Positions 24,826-34,963 are shown, numbered from the stretch's first letter. The stretch: 64,000 nucleotides of DNA from a virus (IMGVR_UViG_2595698333_000001:1-64000), one strand, 5' to 3'. Made by a program: numbers and translations. The notes: generated by a model not told the origin, from the sequence alone.

Positions 24826-25259
24826 TACACCTCCTTCAGAATCTCGTGTACGCGCCGCCCCAGGTCAGACCTGAAGTCATCATGCACTTCCTCGGGTGCA
24901 GTTCTGAGGAAGTTGCGATATGCGTTATATCGCCCGGACGACGTTTTGTAAATCAGAATCTCTGCCTCCCGGAGCTGCTTCGGGAGAATCGAGAACATGA
25001 ACGACCATGTCCCCGTAACCTGATACGGGATAACGTACTTGTCCCGTTCGAGTTTACGCTCGACTGCCTTCTCCAGAGCGACCTTGTCCACGTTGTGCGA
25101 ACTGAAGTTCCACACTACAGTCCCATCAACGACGTGCGGATTCGCAACTCGCCCGCGGATGAAGTCCTGTACTTCGTCGAGCGAAGTGCTCTCGTCCACG
25201 AGGAGCGCGTCGTCCGCGTATGCCGTGCCGAACGATTTCTTTTCGTTGTTGTCTGCCAT
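24825..25259 (-). CDS. Hypothetical protein
   Basis: GGAGG RBS before MADNNEKK. Confidence 0.65.
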   Translation of the reverse strand: MADNNEKKSFGTAYADDALLVDESTSLDEVQDFIRGRVANPHVVDGTVVWNFSSHNVDKVALEKAVERKLERDKYVIPYQVTGTWSFMFSILPKQLREAEILIYKTSSGRYNAYRNFLRTAPEEVHDDFRSDLGRRVHEILKEV

Positions 25260-25305
25260 CTTTTCTTGCCTCCGTATTTCTATCATGGCGCCCGGCGGCG
25301 CTAGA

Positions 25306-25380
25306 TTGTCCCCGCGAGATTTGAACTCGCGTCCTGGGCTCCAAAGGCCCAGAGGATTGGCCAAACTACCCCAGGGGACT
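25306..25380 (-). tRNA. tRNA-Gln (anticodon TTG), no encoded CCA
   Basis: AGTCCCC TG GGGT..TCCT C TGGGC CT-TTG-GA GCCCA GGAC GCGAG TTCAAAT CTCGC GGGGACA A; TATAAA upstream at ~25429-25434. Confidence 0.93.
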
Positions 25381-25606
25381 GCTCGCGTGTCACGGCGCGA
25401 CCCGTGCCTCACACATTATCCCGTACCATTTATAGTTCCTTCGGTTGTCCGAAGGCTCAGGCGTTCTCTCTAGGTTCTCTCATCCTCCTCGTCCCAGATA
25501 TTCACGTTCATTAGCCGAAGCTCCCACTTCCACACTCCGACGGTCAGGAGTGAACCTCCGTCACGTCGAGTGGAGAAGTTGATAACGTCAATCGAGATTC
25601 TGGTCA

Positions 25607-27838
25607 TCAGAACATCACCTCGTTGACGAGGTTCCGAAGCGACCCGAGGATGTCCCCGTTCTGCGGGACCTGAGTCGTGCGGTCGTACCCCGGATTGCCG
25701 TAGGAGTTGCCGCCGATTTCCACGCCCAGAACCGGGAAGTTGCACTCCCCGACCTGCTTGGCGAACTGGTTCCCGTCGTCGGGTCGTCCGTCGGTTATGA
25801 CGAGCATGAAGCGCGTCGTCGTCGCGTGCTGATTGATACGGTGACGACAGAGGTACGTCGCCTGAGACAGCGGCGTACTCCCGCCCGTCGACTCGGTGAA
25901 GATGACGTTCTTCTGGTCCTCGACCTTCCCGCCGAACGGGACCTCCAGGACCGCCTCGTTCGAGTCAACGGACACCATGCTGACGTTGACGCCGACGCCT
26001 TGCAGCGACATGAGGAGCGCGCCTGCCGCGCGTTCCGCCTGACGCACCAACTGACCGCTCATCGAGGACGAACGGTCGAGGACGACGATACACTCGTAGT
26101 CCTTCTGGTCGGGGGTGTTCCGCGTCTTGAACACCTTGGTCGAGCGTCCCGAGCGGTGCATGCTGCGCGAGTCAGGCGACCCGAAACGCTTGCCGCGCTT
26201 GACCTTCGTCTTCTGCTCCTGACGCAGTTTCTGCTCCCAGAGACGCTTGAGCGCGCGACTGTCGTTCTTCGCCTGACGGAATCGGTCGGTGTTGAAGTCG
26301 TCCGATTCCGGAATCACGAGCTTCATGTTCTCGTCGGGCATATCACCCGACTCGTCGCCGCCCTTGAGGACCTCGAGGAACTCCTCGGCCTCGTCGAGCA
26401 TGTCGTCGCCGCCGACCTCCTCTGCCTCGCGGGAAATCTCGTCGTTGTACCGACGCTGAACGCGGTCCTCTGCCTCCTTGAGGCCGTCACCGCCCGACCC
26501 ACGAGCGTCGCCGTCTGCGTCGTCTCCGCCGTCGCCTTCGTCGCCTTGCTCGCTGTCGTCGTCACCGCCCTCATCACCGTCGTCGCCCTGCTCATCACCG
26601 TCGTCGTCTCCGTCGTTGTCTGCGTCGCTCTCGCCTTCGTCGTCGTCCCTGTCGTCTCCATCGGACCCGTCGCCTTCCCCGTCAGCGTCGTCCTGCTGCT
26701 CGTCGTCTCCGCCTGCACCGTCCTCGTCACCATCTTCGTCCTCGCCTTCGTCCTCGTCACCGTCACCGAGGCCCCAACCGTCAGCGTCGTCGTCCTGTTC
26801 GTCACCACCGTCACCGTCGTCGTCTTCGTCGGCGCCTTCGAGACTTCCGCCCGCGTCAACCTCGATAACGATGGTGTCTCCGTCGAGGTCGTCAGCGTCA
26901 CGCGACGAGTCACCGATACCCGGTTGCGCGTCGTCAGGCATCCCGTTCTCGCCGCCTCCGCTGTCGGAGAGCGGGCGCTTGCCGGTGACCTGAGAGTCGT
27001 CCATGAGGTCCTGGAAATCCTCCCAGAACTCCCACGTCCGCTTGTTACGCTTGCGGGCCTTCGGTTGCGTGAGCATGTCCTCGACGTAGTCCTCAATCGT
27101 CGGGAGGAAGTCGCGGAACAGGTCCTCGTCGTCGGGCGAACCGAAGATGTGCTCTTCGTCGTTCGGGTCGAGCAACGCCTGGAGCGTGCCGCTCGCCTCG
27201 TCGTACAACTCCTCCTGCCAGAGGTCGAGGATGGCGGTGATGACCGCGTGCGCCATCGGGAACTTGTAGAACGAGTCGTCGTTGTTCTGGTCGAGCGAGT
27301 CCTGCTCGATACCGAACCCACCGGGCTGCGCCTCGTGCAGGTTCGCGTACAGGACCTTGAAGTCGTCGCGCACGTTGAACTCCGAGGTAATCTGGCGCTC
27401 AATCGCACCGTCCTCGGCGGCGTTCCAGATGTGCTTGAACAGGTGACGACTGTTCATGTCCACCCGATTCATGTAGCGCTCGAACGACGGCCAATCCGAG
27501 AACAAGATGTGACCGCACTCGTGCATGGTCAGAACCTCCTGCACCAGGAGGTCGTACTCGTCCTCGGAAATGTCGGTCACGTCCTGCTCGTGCTTCTCGC
27601 CGGTGACGTTGATTTCCGGCGTGTCCTTGTTGAGCTTGACGTGCGCACCCTGCCCGCGAACGTACAGAACGAGGTCCGTCAGCGAGACGAGACCTGCGAT
27701 TTTCTGAAGGTACGACTCGCGGCGCGAGGAGTTGCGCAACTTCTCGCCTGCGCCGACCCCGATACGCTTACGCAGCTCGTCAGGGTCGGTGTCCGGCGAG
27801 ATTCGCGTGCCGGTCGTATTGTAGAGTTTCTCTTTCAT
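25607..27838 (-). CDS. vWA-domain protein (CobT-like) with HExxH motif and long acidic linker
   Basis: MHECGHIL, NAAEDGAIE, DRSSSM MIDAS, GGSTP, ITDGRP. Confidence 0.9.
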   Translation of the reverse strand: MKEKLYNTTGTRISPDTDPDELRKRIGVGAGEKLRNSSRRESYLQKIAGLVSLTDLVLYVRGQGAHVKLNKDTPEINVTGEKHEQDVTDISEDEYDLLVQEVLTMHECGHILFSDWPSFERYMNRVDMNSRHLFKHIWNAAEDGAIERQITSEFNVRDDFKVLYANLHEAQPGGFGIEQDSLDQNNDDSFYKFPMAHAVITAILDLWQEELYDEASGTLQALLDPNDEEHIFGSPDDEDLFRDFLPTIEDYVEDMLTQPKARKRNKRTWEFWEDFQDLMDDSQVTGKRPLSDSGGGENGMPDDAQPGIGDSSRDADDLDGDTIVIEVDAGGSLEGADEDDDGDGGDEQDDDADGWGLGDGDEDEGEDEDGDEDGAGGDDEQQDDADGEGDGSDGDDRDDDEGESDADNDGDDDGDEQGDDGDEGGDDDSEQGDEGDGGDDADGDARGSGGDGLKEAEDRVQRRYNDEISREAEEVGGDDMLDEAEEFLEVLKGGDESGDMPDENMKLVIPESDDFNTDRFRQAKNDSRALKRLWEQKLRQEQKTKVKRGKRFGSPDSRSMHRSGRSTKVFKTRNTPDQKDYECIVVLDRSSSMSGQLVRQAERAAGALLMSLQGVGVNVSMVSVDSNEAVLEVPFGGKVEDQKNVIFTESTGGSTPLSQATYLCRHRINQHATTTRFMLVITDGRPDDGNQFAKQVGECNFPVLGVEIGGNSYGNPGYDRTTQVPQNGDILGSLRNLVNEVMF

Positions 27839-27909
27839 CCTCTGCGTCCTGTGCTTCGGCGGTCGTCGTCTTAATACCTCGTAGCCGAGTGAAAGTGGAG
27901 AGAGGCGTT

Positions 27910-28098
27910 CTACTGCGCCTCGAACTCCACCCAGGTAGCAAACTCGTGCAGTTCGCTGTTCAACTCGCTACGTGCCATGCGGTCTCTCGGCACGACCACG
28001 AGTTTCACTCCCTGGTCTCCATGCTCGACAGTCACCGATTCTACGCGCTTGTCACTACGCAGTTTGTCTGCTTCTGCGTTGGCGATTGCTTGTTCCAT
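27910..28098 (-). CDS. Small hypothetical protein
   Basis: ORF track. Confidence 0.45.
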   Translation of the reverse strand: MEQAIANAEADKLRSDKRVESVTVEHGDQGVKLVVVPRDRMARSELNSELHEFATWVEFEAQ

Positions 28099-28125
28099 GA
28101 TAGCGAAAAAGGCGAGCGTCTCAGG

Positions 28126-29463
28126 TCAGAAGACCTTGTCTATGATGCCCTCGATGGCGCTCACGTCCTCCGGGTTCGCCGCGTTCTTGAAGATGCTCTT
28201 GGCGGCCTGGTTCGGGTCCATCAGCTTCGTCTTGCGACCGACCTTGATGAGGTCACGAGTGCCGATGGGCGAGTAGATGTCACCGCCCTCGTCGTCGAAC
28301 ATGCTGAGCTTGCGCTTCGACCCCTCGGGCAGCGCCGACCGAGGTCCTGCGAGGCGAGCGCGAATCCGGTTCGCCGTCTTGACGATGCTCTCGGCGTCAC
28401 CGTCACTCAGCGGCGTGCGCGACACGAGCAGGCGCTTCTCAGCGTCCCACTCCATGTACGGAATCCACTCCTCGTAGAAGCGGTTCCGGGTCGCGTCGTT
28501 CATGTTCTGCGTCCCCGCGTAGGAGGACGGGTTGATGGTTGCGACGAACGAGAACTCGGGGTGGATGTACTGCCCGACGTGCTCCTCGTTGTCCCACTTC
28601 TCGACCCGTGCGTAGTGCGCAGCGAGCGCCTTGTCCTCCGGCATCTCGAGGTCGTGTTTATCGGCGGCGTCGGAAATCTCGCCGTTCTCAACGGGCAGGT
28701 CACGCAGGACCTCGCCGCGCTCCTCGATGGACAGGAACCGCTTGCCCTCCTCCTCGAGAAGGCCGTGCAGCGGCATCGTCGCCTCGCCGCCTGCGCCGTT
28801 AAACTCGTCGGCGATGAACGTCCCGCCGTAGCGAGCGCACCACGTCAGGAGACCGTCCTGCCACGTCCACCCCGAACCGTCCTGCTCCGGGACCCACATG
28901 CCGACGACCTTCTCCTTGTTGGTTTCGAGACCGAAGTTGACACGCACCGCGGGACGATTGGTCGACCCGCAGACGTGCGTGACGAGAGCGTTCTTGCCCG
29001 TCCCGGTGTGACCCTTGAGCATGGTGTAGAACTCGGGGTCGCTCATGTCAAACGCGACCGTCCGGATGTCCGAGACGCCGCCTTCGAGCTCGCGCTTGTA
29101 GTACCCGTGCAGGGAGTCGGGGACGAGCGGGTGGTCGGGGTTGTCGAGGACGTCTAAGTACTCCTCGAACTTGTCGCCCGTCGGGAGACCCGCGGGCACC
29201 TCGAGAGAAACGATTTTGGACAGGTTGTCCACGTCGTCTCCCCGACTCTGCGTCTCCCCCGGCGTGTCCTTCATGCCGAGAATGACCTTTTCACCGTGCG
29301 CGTCCGTGTCGGTCTCGCAGTAATCCCAGACGTAGGATTCAGCGGTGACCTTCTGAACGTCCTGCTGTTCCATCAACGATTCCACAGTCGGCTCGAACGG
29401 AAGCTCCCCGTCGCCGCTGTCGGCGAACATCTCGGAGAGCTGCTTCCTTGCTGCTTTTGACAT
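28126..29463 (-). CDS. MoxR/CobS-type AAA+ ATPase
   Basis: GHTGTGKN, FIADEFN, VATINPSSYAG, ATRNRF. Confidence 0.9.
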   Translation of the reverse strand: MSKAARKQLSEMFADSGDGELPFEPTVESLMEQQDVQKVTAESYVWDYCETDTDAHGEKVILGMKDTPGETQSRGDDVDNLSKIVSLEVPAGLPTGDKFEEYLDVLDNPDHPLVPDSLHGYYKRELEGGVSDIRTVAFDMSDPEFYTMLKGHTGTGKNALVTHVCGSTNRPAVRVNFGLETNKEKVVGMWVPEQDGSGWTWQDGLLTWCARYGGTFIADEFNGAGGEATMPLHGLLEEEGKRFLSIEERGEVLRDLPVENGEISDAADKHDLEMPEDKALAAHYARVEKWDNEEHVGQYIHPEFSFVATINPSSYAGTQNMNDATRNRFYEEWIPYMEWDAEKRLLVSRTPLSDGDAESIVKTANRIRARLAGPRSALPEGSKRKLSMFDDEGGDIYSPIGTRDLIKVGRKTKLMDPNQAAKSIFKNAANPEDVSAIEGIIDKVF

Positions 29464-29539
29464 TTTCTTTTCGACCTCTCGCGTCCTCTACTTCACACCC
29501 CGGGACCATAAACGTCAGCAGCGGGGTGAAAGTGGTCTA

Positions 29540-29992
29540 TCACTCGTCTTCGAGCAGTACGTCTCGCATACGCTCGAAGTCTAACCGGTACGTCTCGTCG
29601 TCAACGTCGAACGTGACGGGCAGTTCTCTATCTCCGCTACCCAGGTCGTGGAACTCCTCGGGTTCGAGGTCGAGATATTCGAGGATGACCACCAGTTCGT
29701 TGGTCAGGTCCCACATCTCAGGCGGGGACATCTGGGTCATTATCCGGCGCCCGTCGTCCGTCTCGACACCGATTCCTACGCGCACGTTGTCGAGGGATTC
29801 GTCCTCCTCGAAGATAGGATACTCCCCGGATTCTGTTTCGAGCGTCGTCCCGACGACTTCGCCCATCGTCTGATACTCCTCCTTCTTGAGCACCCGGAGC
29901 TTCGCCTCGAACTTCTGCACGTCGTCGTCAGAAGTCATGTCCTCGAATCTGAATATCCATCGTTGTTTCTCATACAGGCGCGTTCGGGTCAT
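29540..29992 (-). CDS. Hypothetical protein
   Basis: Acidic ORF; start may be 29939. Confidence 0.6.
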   Translation of the reverse strand: MTRTRLYEKQRWIFRFEDMTSDDDVQKFEAKLRVLKKEEYQTMGEVVGTTLETESGEYPIFEEDESLDNVRVGIGVETDDGRRIMTQMSPPEMWDLTNELVVILEYLDLEPEEFHDLGSGDRELPVTFDVDDETYRLDFERMRDVLLEDE

Positions 29993-30392
29993 TTCTGAGC
30001 ATCACTACCTGCTCTGCGAGCCATTCTGCCTCGTCCTCTGCCTCCTCACGCGACACAGCTCGCTCGTGACCGACACGAACCTCGACCCAGCCCGCGTCAG
30101 TATCCCAGATGTCCGACTCGAACATCTGCTGAGCTCGAGTCATCACGTCGTCGGGCCAGTCGACTTCGACACCTGCCACCCAGAATTTCTGCTGGGAAGC
30201 AGTGATGCTGTCATGCTCACGAGCTACGACTTCCGTCTTACGCACGCGACACTGAACGCCTGAGTACTGGAACAGGTCGCCGCGTACAGAATCGACCACG
30301 TCCTCCAGGTCGTCGTCGGTGAACCCCATGTCCAAACCGTCGAGGTCGAGGTCCTTGAAGTCCTCTGCTGGGTCGGGCACCTCGTTGCTCAT
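29970..30392 (-). CDS. Hypothetical protein
   Basis: Acidic coupled ORF. Confidence 0.65.
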   Translation of the reverse strand: MSNEVPDPAEDFKDLDLDGLDMGFTDDDLEDVVDSVRGDLFQYSGVQCRVRKTEVVAREHDSITASQQKFWVAGVEVDWPDDVMTRAQQMFESDIWDTDAGWVEVRVGHERAVSREEAEDEAEWLAEQVVMLRNDPNAPV

Positions 30393-30613
30393 ACGAGGTC
30401 CTCCATGCGGTCTTCGAGGATTGCCCCGTTCGTATCCTGGTGTCTAGCTACGTGGTCGTGCGTTGTCGGGTAGTTCCCGAACCAATTGTGCAGAGCATCC
30501 TTGCAGTCGTCGCACAACTTCCAGAGACTGTTACCGACGACAACCTCGTGCTCTGCCTGCACAAACTCGTTCGCGTGAATCTCGTGCCTGTCGCAGTATC
30601 CTCCGCTCATCAC
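30389..30613 (-). CDS. Small Zn-binding protein
   Basis: CDRH...LCDDC. Confidence 0.6.
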   Translation of the reverse strand: MMSGGYCDRHEIHANEFVQAEHEVVVGNSLWKLCDDCKDALHNWFGNYPTTHDHVARHQDTNGAILEDRMEDLV

Positions 30614-31035
30614 TGTACCTCCTTCTTACGATGGTATCTCATGTGTTCTCCAGGGTCCATTATTTCTAAGTTCTCGGGTCTGTTATCCCACGGTATCTCG
30701 TTCTTATGATGGACGTCCGAACCAGCAACCTCATCAAGCCCGTAGATTGCTATCGCCAGCATCCTACTAACCGGGATTGACCGCTTGTTCTTAATAGATG
30801 GGTCGTACACTTTCATCATCTCACGACCGTCCTGCTCAGTCATAAGATTTGGAGGACGAAACCCGGCTGATTCCTGGAATCCTTCGCGTTTCGACCTACG
30901 AGGGATACCATGACGTTCCATCCAGTCAAGAACTGTCGTCTCGTGCACTCCGAAACGGCAGCCAATCTCTTCCAACGACAAACCACGGTCATGGTAGAGA
31001 TATTCGAGCGTCTTTTCATCGGTGTATGGTTTCAT
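30610..31035 (-). CDS. HTH-HNH homing endonuclease
   Basis: LEYLYHDRGLSLEEIG..; VHHKNEIPWDNRPENL. Confidence 0.88.
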   Translation of the reverse strand: MKPYTDEKTLEYLYHDRGLSLEEIGCRFGVHETTVLDWMERHGIPRRSKREGFQESAGFRPPNLMTEQDGREMMKVYDPSIKNKRSIPVSRMLAIAIYGLDEVAGSDVHHKNEIPWDNRPENLEIMDPGEHMRYHRKKEVQ

Positions 31036-31036
31036 G

Positions 31037-31480
31037 CTACCCGTGCATTACCAACTGCTCGCAAACCCACTCCACCTCGTCGCGGATGTCTGCGAGGTCA
31101 GGTTCTTCGCCATCAACCAGTTGCAGGTGCAGGGTGTCGAACCCGACGTAGCGCCCGCGCTTGACGAGCCCGTTCGGTTGGTCGACCTCGAGAACATCGT
31201 TCAGGCGCTCAGCCGTCGCGTCTGCGATACTCTCCGGTCCTTCGACGACGCCGATGTACGACTCGGTCATCAGTTCCTCCTCGGCATCTTCGTCGTCTGC
31301 CGCCTTTCTGTACCACTTCTTCTCCTCGACCACGCACGTCATTCCGTTCTTCTCCCAACGGTCGACCGGGTCGCAGACGACCCACTCCTCGTAGTCGTCG
31401 TCCACGCTCTCGAGGTCGAGTCGCTTCGGGTCCTCGTCGTTCTGTACGTCGCCGGGCGTCAGCATGTCGTCAGTGCTCAT
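31037..31480 (-). CDS. Hypothetical protein
   Basis: Start MSTDDML; YVGFDTLH. Confidence 0.6.
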   Translation of the reverse strand: MSTDDMLTPGDVQNDEDPKRLDLESVDDDYEEWVVCDPVDRWEKNGMTCVVEEKKWYRKAADDEDAEEELMTESYIGVVEGPESIADATAERLNDVLEVDQPNGLVKRGRYVGFDTLHLQLVDGEEPDLADIRDEVEWVCEQLVMHG

Positions 31481-31533
31481 CTGTTGTGTCCTCGTTGGTT
31501 TCGTTTGTCGTCGGTGATAATATCGGTGTGGTT

Positions 31534-32250
31534 CTAGAACTCGGTGCGTCTCTCGGTCCAACGCGGGTGATTCTTCGCCGGCGGGTCGGTCATCACGACC
31601 CACGACTTTTCACTACAGTTCGCGCAGTAGGACATATGACGCTCCGGGTCCTTGACCTTCTTCGACTTCTTCTGCCTCCACAGCACGAGACCGCACCCGT
31701 CGCAGACGATGAAGTACCGCGGGTCGGGTTCATCGTAGCGCGAGATGTTGGTCACGTCGAGGCGCTTCGCTTCCTGGATGAACGTCGGGCCGTGTCCCAT
31801 GTAGCCGTACTCGACGAAGGTGGAAGCGTGCACCAGTTCGTGCTTGACCGTGTTCCGCAGACGCTCCCACTCGTACCCGCGCTTCTTGTAGGCGTCCCAC
31901 GACAGGATGACTTCCACGTCGTAGGGTTCGTTCTCGTCACAGCGACCGAGCAGGCGCGTCATACGACCGCTCTCACGCATGGTCACCATGTCACGAGTGA
32001 GGACCTCGAACCCGTACTCCTCGAACACCCACTCCATGTACGCCTCCGCGTACTGCATGAAGCGGTCACGAGTTTGCGGGTCCTTTTCCCACTCCTGCTG
32101 ACCGGCCTGTGCTTCCTTCGTCGCGTTCGCGTCCACGCCGTCCATCGTCAGCGACTTCTTCTCAAACGGGTTCGCTCCTGAACCCGGGCAGTGTTCGCAC
32201 ATATCTATTTTGACCTCTGCGCCTGATGCTACGCACACCCTCCTCATCAA
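31534..32250 (-). CDS. SprT-like zinc metalloprotease
   Basis: RLLGRC, KHELVH, GHGPTF, C-terminal CxxC/CxxC. Confidence 0.85.
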   Translation of the reverse strand: MMRRVCVASGAEVKIDMCEHCPGSGANPFEKKSLTMDGVDANATKEAQAGQQEWEKDPQTRDRFMQYAEAYMEWVFEEYGFEVLTRDMVTMRESGRMTRLLGRCDENEPYDVEVILSWDAYKKRGYEWERLRNTVKHELVHASTFVEYGYMGHGPTFIQEAKRLDVTNISRYDEPDPRYFIVCDGCGLVLWRQKKSKKVKDPERHMSYCANCSEKSWVVMTDPPAKNHPRWTERRTEF

Positions 32251-32504
32251 ACCTCGTAGCCGAGTGAAAGTGGAAATCGGCCAGATATACTACGATTAAT
32301 AGCCCCTTACGCCCATCCGTCACCGAGATACGAAACGTCAAGTAGACAAAGTCTCTCTCCTGTCAGCATGTTGCTTACGCTCGTATATCTACCTCATAAC
32401 AATATGCAGACCTCCCGTGCGTACATATGCGGCGCGACGAAGAACGGTGCACCCGAGAACAGAAACGCACCGCAAGACGCTCCGAGCGCCGCAGGACAGA
32501 AAAG

Positions 32505-33206
32505 ATGTCCCAGCAAGAAATCACGGAACTCGACCAGCGACGGAACGAACTGCTCGACAAAGAACGCCTGACCGACAAGCAGGCGGCGATACTCGCGGCG
32601 TTCGAGGAGAACCCGCAGGCGTCATACGCGGACATCGCCGACCTGGCGACCGAGCTGCTCCCCGAAGACGAAAGCGTCACGGGGTCATACGCGGGCGAGC
32701 AAATCAAGCAGCGCCGCCCGCAGTGGTTCGACGACCGCGGCAGGCGTCGTCGCCCTCAGGACATGGAGGGCGAGGAAGAGGTCACCGAGGAACAGGTCGA
32801 AGAGGACGACGTTGACGCGCAAGAGCGCGTGAGTGATGAAGTGCAGGCGCTCGCAGGCGGCGAGACGGTCGACATGGACGCGCCGGACGAAACGACGGAC
32901 GAGGAGGAATCCACCGAGGAAGTCGAGATAGACGAAGGTCGCGTGGCGACGCTCGCTGACTGGTACGACGTGCGCGAGTCACAGGCGAGAGCGATGGCGC
33001 GTGCCGAGGTCGTCTCGGGAGTCGAATTCTCGGGACGCGAAGGAATCGAGACGCCTGAGGTCGAAGGCGTCGGCGTCGGGATGGAGGAGGACGACTGGCT
33101 ACGCCTCGTCGCGTTCCTGCACCTGTTCGCGGACACGGACGCAGGTCAGAAGCACGAAGAGCGTATCATGGAAATCGCAGGTGAGATAACGAGACAGGCG
33201 TTGTAG
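32505..33206 (+). CDS. HTH transcriptional regulator-like protein
   Basis: LTDKQAAILAAFEENPQASYADIA. Confidence 0.75.
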   Translation: MSQQEITELDQRRNELLDKERLTDKQAAILAAFEENPQASYADIADLATELLPEDESVTGSYAGEQIKQRRPQWFDDRGRRRRPQDMEGEEEVTEEQVEEDDVDAQERVSDEVQALAGGETVDMDAPDETTDEEESTEEVEIDEGRVATLADWYDVRESQARAMARAEVVSGVEFSGREGIETPEVEGVGVGMEEDDWLRLVAFLHLFADTDAGQKHEERIMEIAGEITRQAL

Positions 33207-33230
33207 AATCGGCCGCTTGCCTCCGTATTT

Positions 33231-33455
33231 CTATCTCATCTTCGCGACTGTTTCTCGTTCGAGGCGTCGTAGCGTGATACCGAGCGCCTCATCGACTCGT
33301 TCATCGTCGTTGAGCACGCCTTCGAGATACGTTCGTGCGACGGCGCACGCGACGTTTGCTCGTTTGCCGTGCCCGTGACGGGTCGCGCGTTCGACCGCGT
33401 TCTGTGCCCGCGTCTCTGCGCGTTCTGCGGCATCATGTACGTTCATCATGGTCAT
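33231..33455 (-). CDS. Small hypothetical protein
   Basis: ORF downstream of an AT-rich promoter region. Confidence 0.45.
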   Translation of the reverse strand: MTMMNVHDAAERAETRAQNAVERATRHGHGKRANVACAVARTYLEGVLNDDERVDEALGITLRRLERETVAKMR

Positions 33456-33598
33456 CAGATACGTGATTATTCACGCACGAACGACTGTGTGTACGCTGTG
33501 ATTATATATTTTGTGCGAGCGTCATACGCACGTCATACAGGAATTATTCTCCTGTTAAAACGTTTCTATGCGTGGCGTATGATACGATTATACACCGT

Positions 33599-33793
33599 CT
33601 AATCGTCGTTCTCGACCGCGTTACGACAGGAACCGCACACCTCGCGTCCTTTCACGAGACCTACTTGGTGAATACCCGCGACCTCCATCCGCATGAGCGT
33701 TTCACCCGCCTCCTCGCCGCAGTACGTCTCGTCGTCGCTCTCCTTGATATGCGCTACGGCCGCACCGTCGCTGAATCGGAATGTCTCGACCAT
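33599..33793 (-). CDS. Small Zn-binding protein
   Basis: H..TYCG...CGSC. Confidence 0.6.
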   Translation of the reverse strand: MVETFRFSDGAAVAHIKESDDETYCGEEAGETLMRMEVAGIHQVGLVKGREVCGSCRNAVENDD

Positions 33794-33802
33794 GTTCGTT
33801 GT

Positions 33803-34963
33803 TTAGAACTCCAGTACGTTGTCGCTTTCGCCGTTGAACCAACCGTTCTCCCACCGCGTGCGAATCTGAAGCGCCCAGTGCATGACAGAGCGCTCGTATG
33901 CCTCGAAGTTACGGTTGCTGACGATGTCTGGGTCAACGAGGTGCGACCCAGCAACGTCGCGCGACCGTGGGAACGCTCCTGACTGATACAGGTCGCTGTC
34001 CTCGGGTTCGCCCATCACGTCGAGCGACGGGTTCTCGAACTTCCAGTCGTGTCCCGACCAGTAGCGATTGGCGACGTTCGCCATCTTGTTGATAGCGTTG
34101 CCGTCAATCGAGACGATGTCTTCACCGAACTCTCGTATCATGTCCATCTGCTTCGCAGGCGCACCTCCGAGCAGGTGCATATCCCGACCATGATAGTCGA
34201 TGAGCTCGCCTTCTGCCGCGCCGTAGGTCGTCGGGACGCTGTATCCCACGACCGCCCACTCAGGAACGTGGTCGACCTGGTTCGACCCGTGCGGGACGAC
34301 GATAACGTTCTCGCTGAACTGCGCGAGTTTCTCCGCGCGTTCGTTGATGAGCGAGATGTTCGAGTCGGGGTGAGACGGGTCGTGCTTCGTGTAGTCACCG
34401 CCGACGATGTACTCGGGTTCGTACTTCTTCGCCGCCTCAACGAGACGGTCGAACTCCGGGTTGTGCCAATCCATGTCTATGAAGTGGATTGGGATGCCAT
34501 CGACCGCGAGACGGTCGATATTGTCCAGTCGACCGCCCGTCTTGAACCCGTACTCGTAGGCGATTCTCATGTGCTCGTGCCCCGCAGTCGTGATAACGTC
34601 GAACGACAGTTCCTCCATCCAGTCAGGCGCCTCGTCGAACGGCGCGGGATTCTCCTCGTCGTACTCCCATCCACCGTCGTCGTATCGCACCATCGACTGG
34701 TTCGGCATCTTCCCCGCAGCGAGCGTAGCGTCGAACAGGTACTCATGCGCGGGTTGACGCTCGGGCAGGTCAACGTCCTCGACCTCAGAGACGTCGTCAG
34801 ATTCGTCGCTCTCGTCGTCGTCAACGAGGAGGTCCTCTTGCACCTCCTCATCCTCCACGCCTGGCACGTCGTCGTCTGCGTCGTCACGCGCGAAGTCAGC
34901 GGTCGACTCGTCACTGAACGGGTTGCTGTTGTCGTCGCCCGCTGTGAAGACCTCCTCTGCCAT
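33803..34963 (-). CDS. Putative DNA 7-deazaguanine transglycosylase (DpdA-like, TGT fold)
   Basis: MHLLGG...IVSIDGN matches the TGT/DpdA H-x-L-G and S-x-D motifs; directly downstream of folE in the que cluster. Confidence 0.7.
   Translation of the reverse strand: MAEEVFTAGDDNSNPFSDESTADFARDDADDDVPGVEDEEVQEDLLVDDDESDESDDVSEVEDVDLPERQPAHEYLFDATLAAGKMPNQSMVRYDDGGWEYDEENPAPFDEAPDWMEELSFDVITTAGHEHMRIAYEYGFKTGGRLDNIDRLAVDGIPIHFIDMDWHNPEFDRLVEAAKKYEPEYIVGGDYTKHDPSHPDSNISLINERAEKLAQFSENVIVVPHGSNQVDHVPEWAVVGYSVPTTYGAAEGELIDYHGRDMHLLGGAPAKQMDMIREFGEDIVSIDGNAINKMANVANRYWSGHDWKFENPSLDVMGEPEDSDLYQSGAFPRSRDVAGSHLVDPDIVSNRNFEAYERSVMHWALQIRTRWENGWFNGESDNVLEF

Noticed and set aside
24825-25412. ORF extension to 25412
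   Set aside because: Overlaps the tRNA gene; the RBS supports a start at 25259
26480-26900. CGTC/GAC-rich quasi-repeats
   Set aside because: Low-complexity Asp/Gly/Glu linker of the vWA protein, not a DNA repeat array
25826-27874. Long antisense ORFs (e.g. 682 aa here, 695 aa at 54184, 437 aa at 6419, 428 aa at 62683)
   Set aside because: Shadow frames of GC-rich, codon-biased genes on the opposite strand; V/L/R-rich with no motifs
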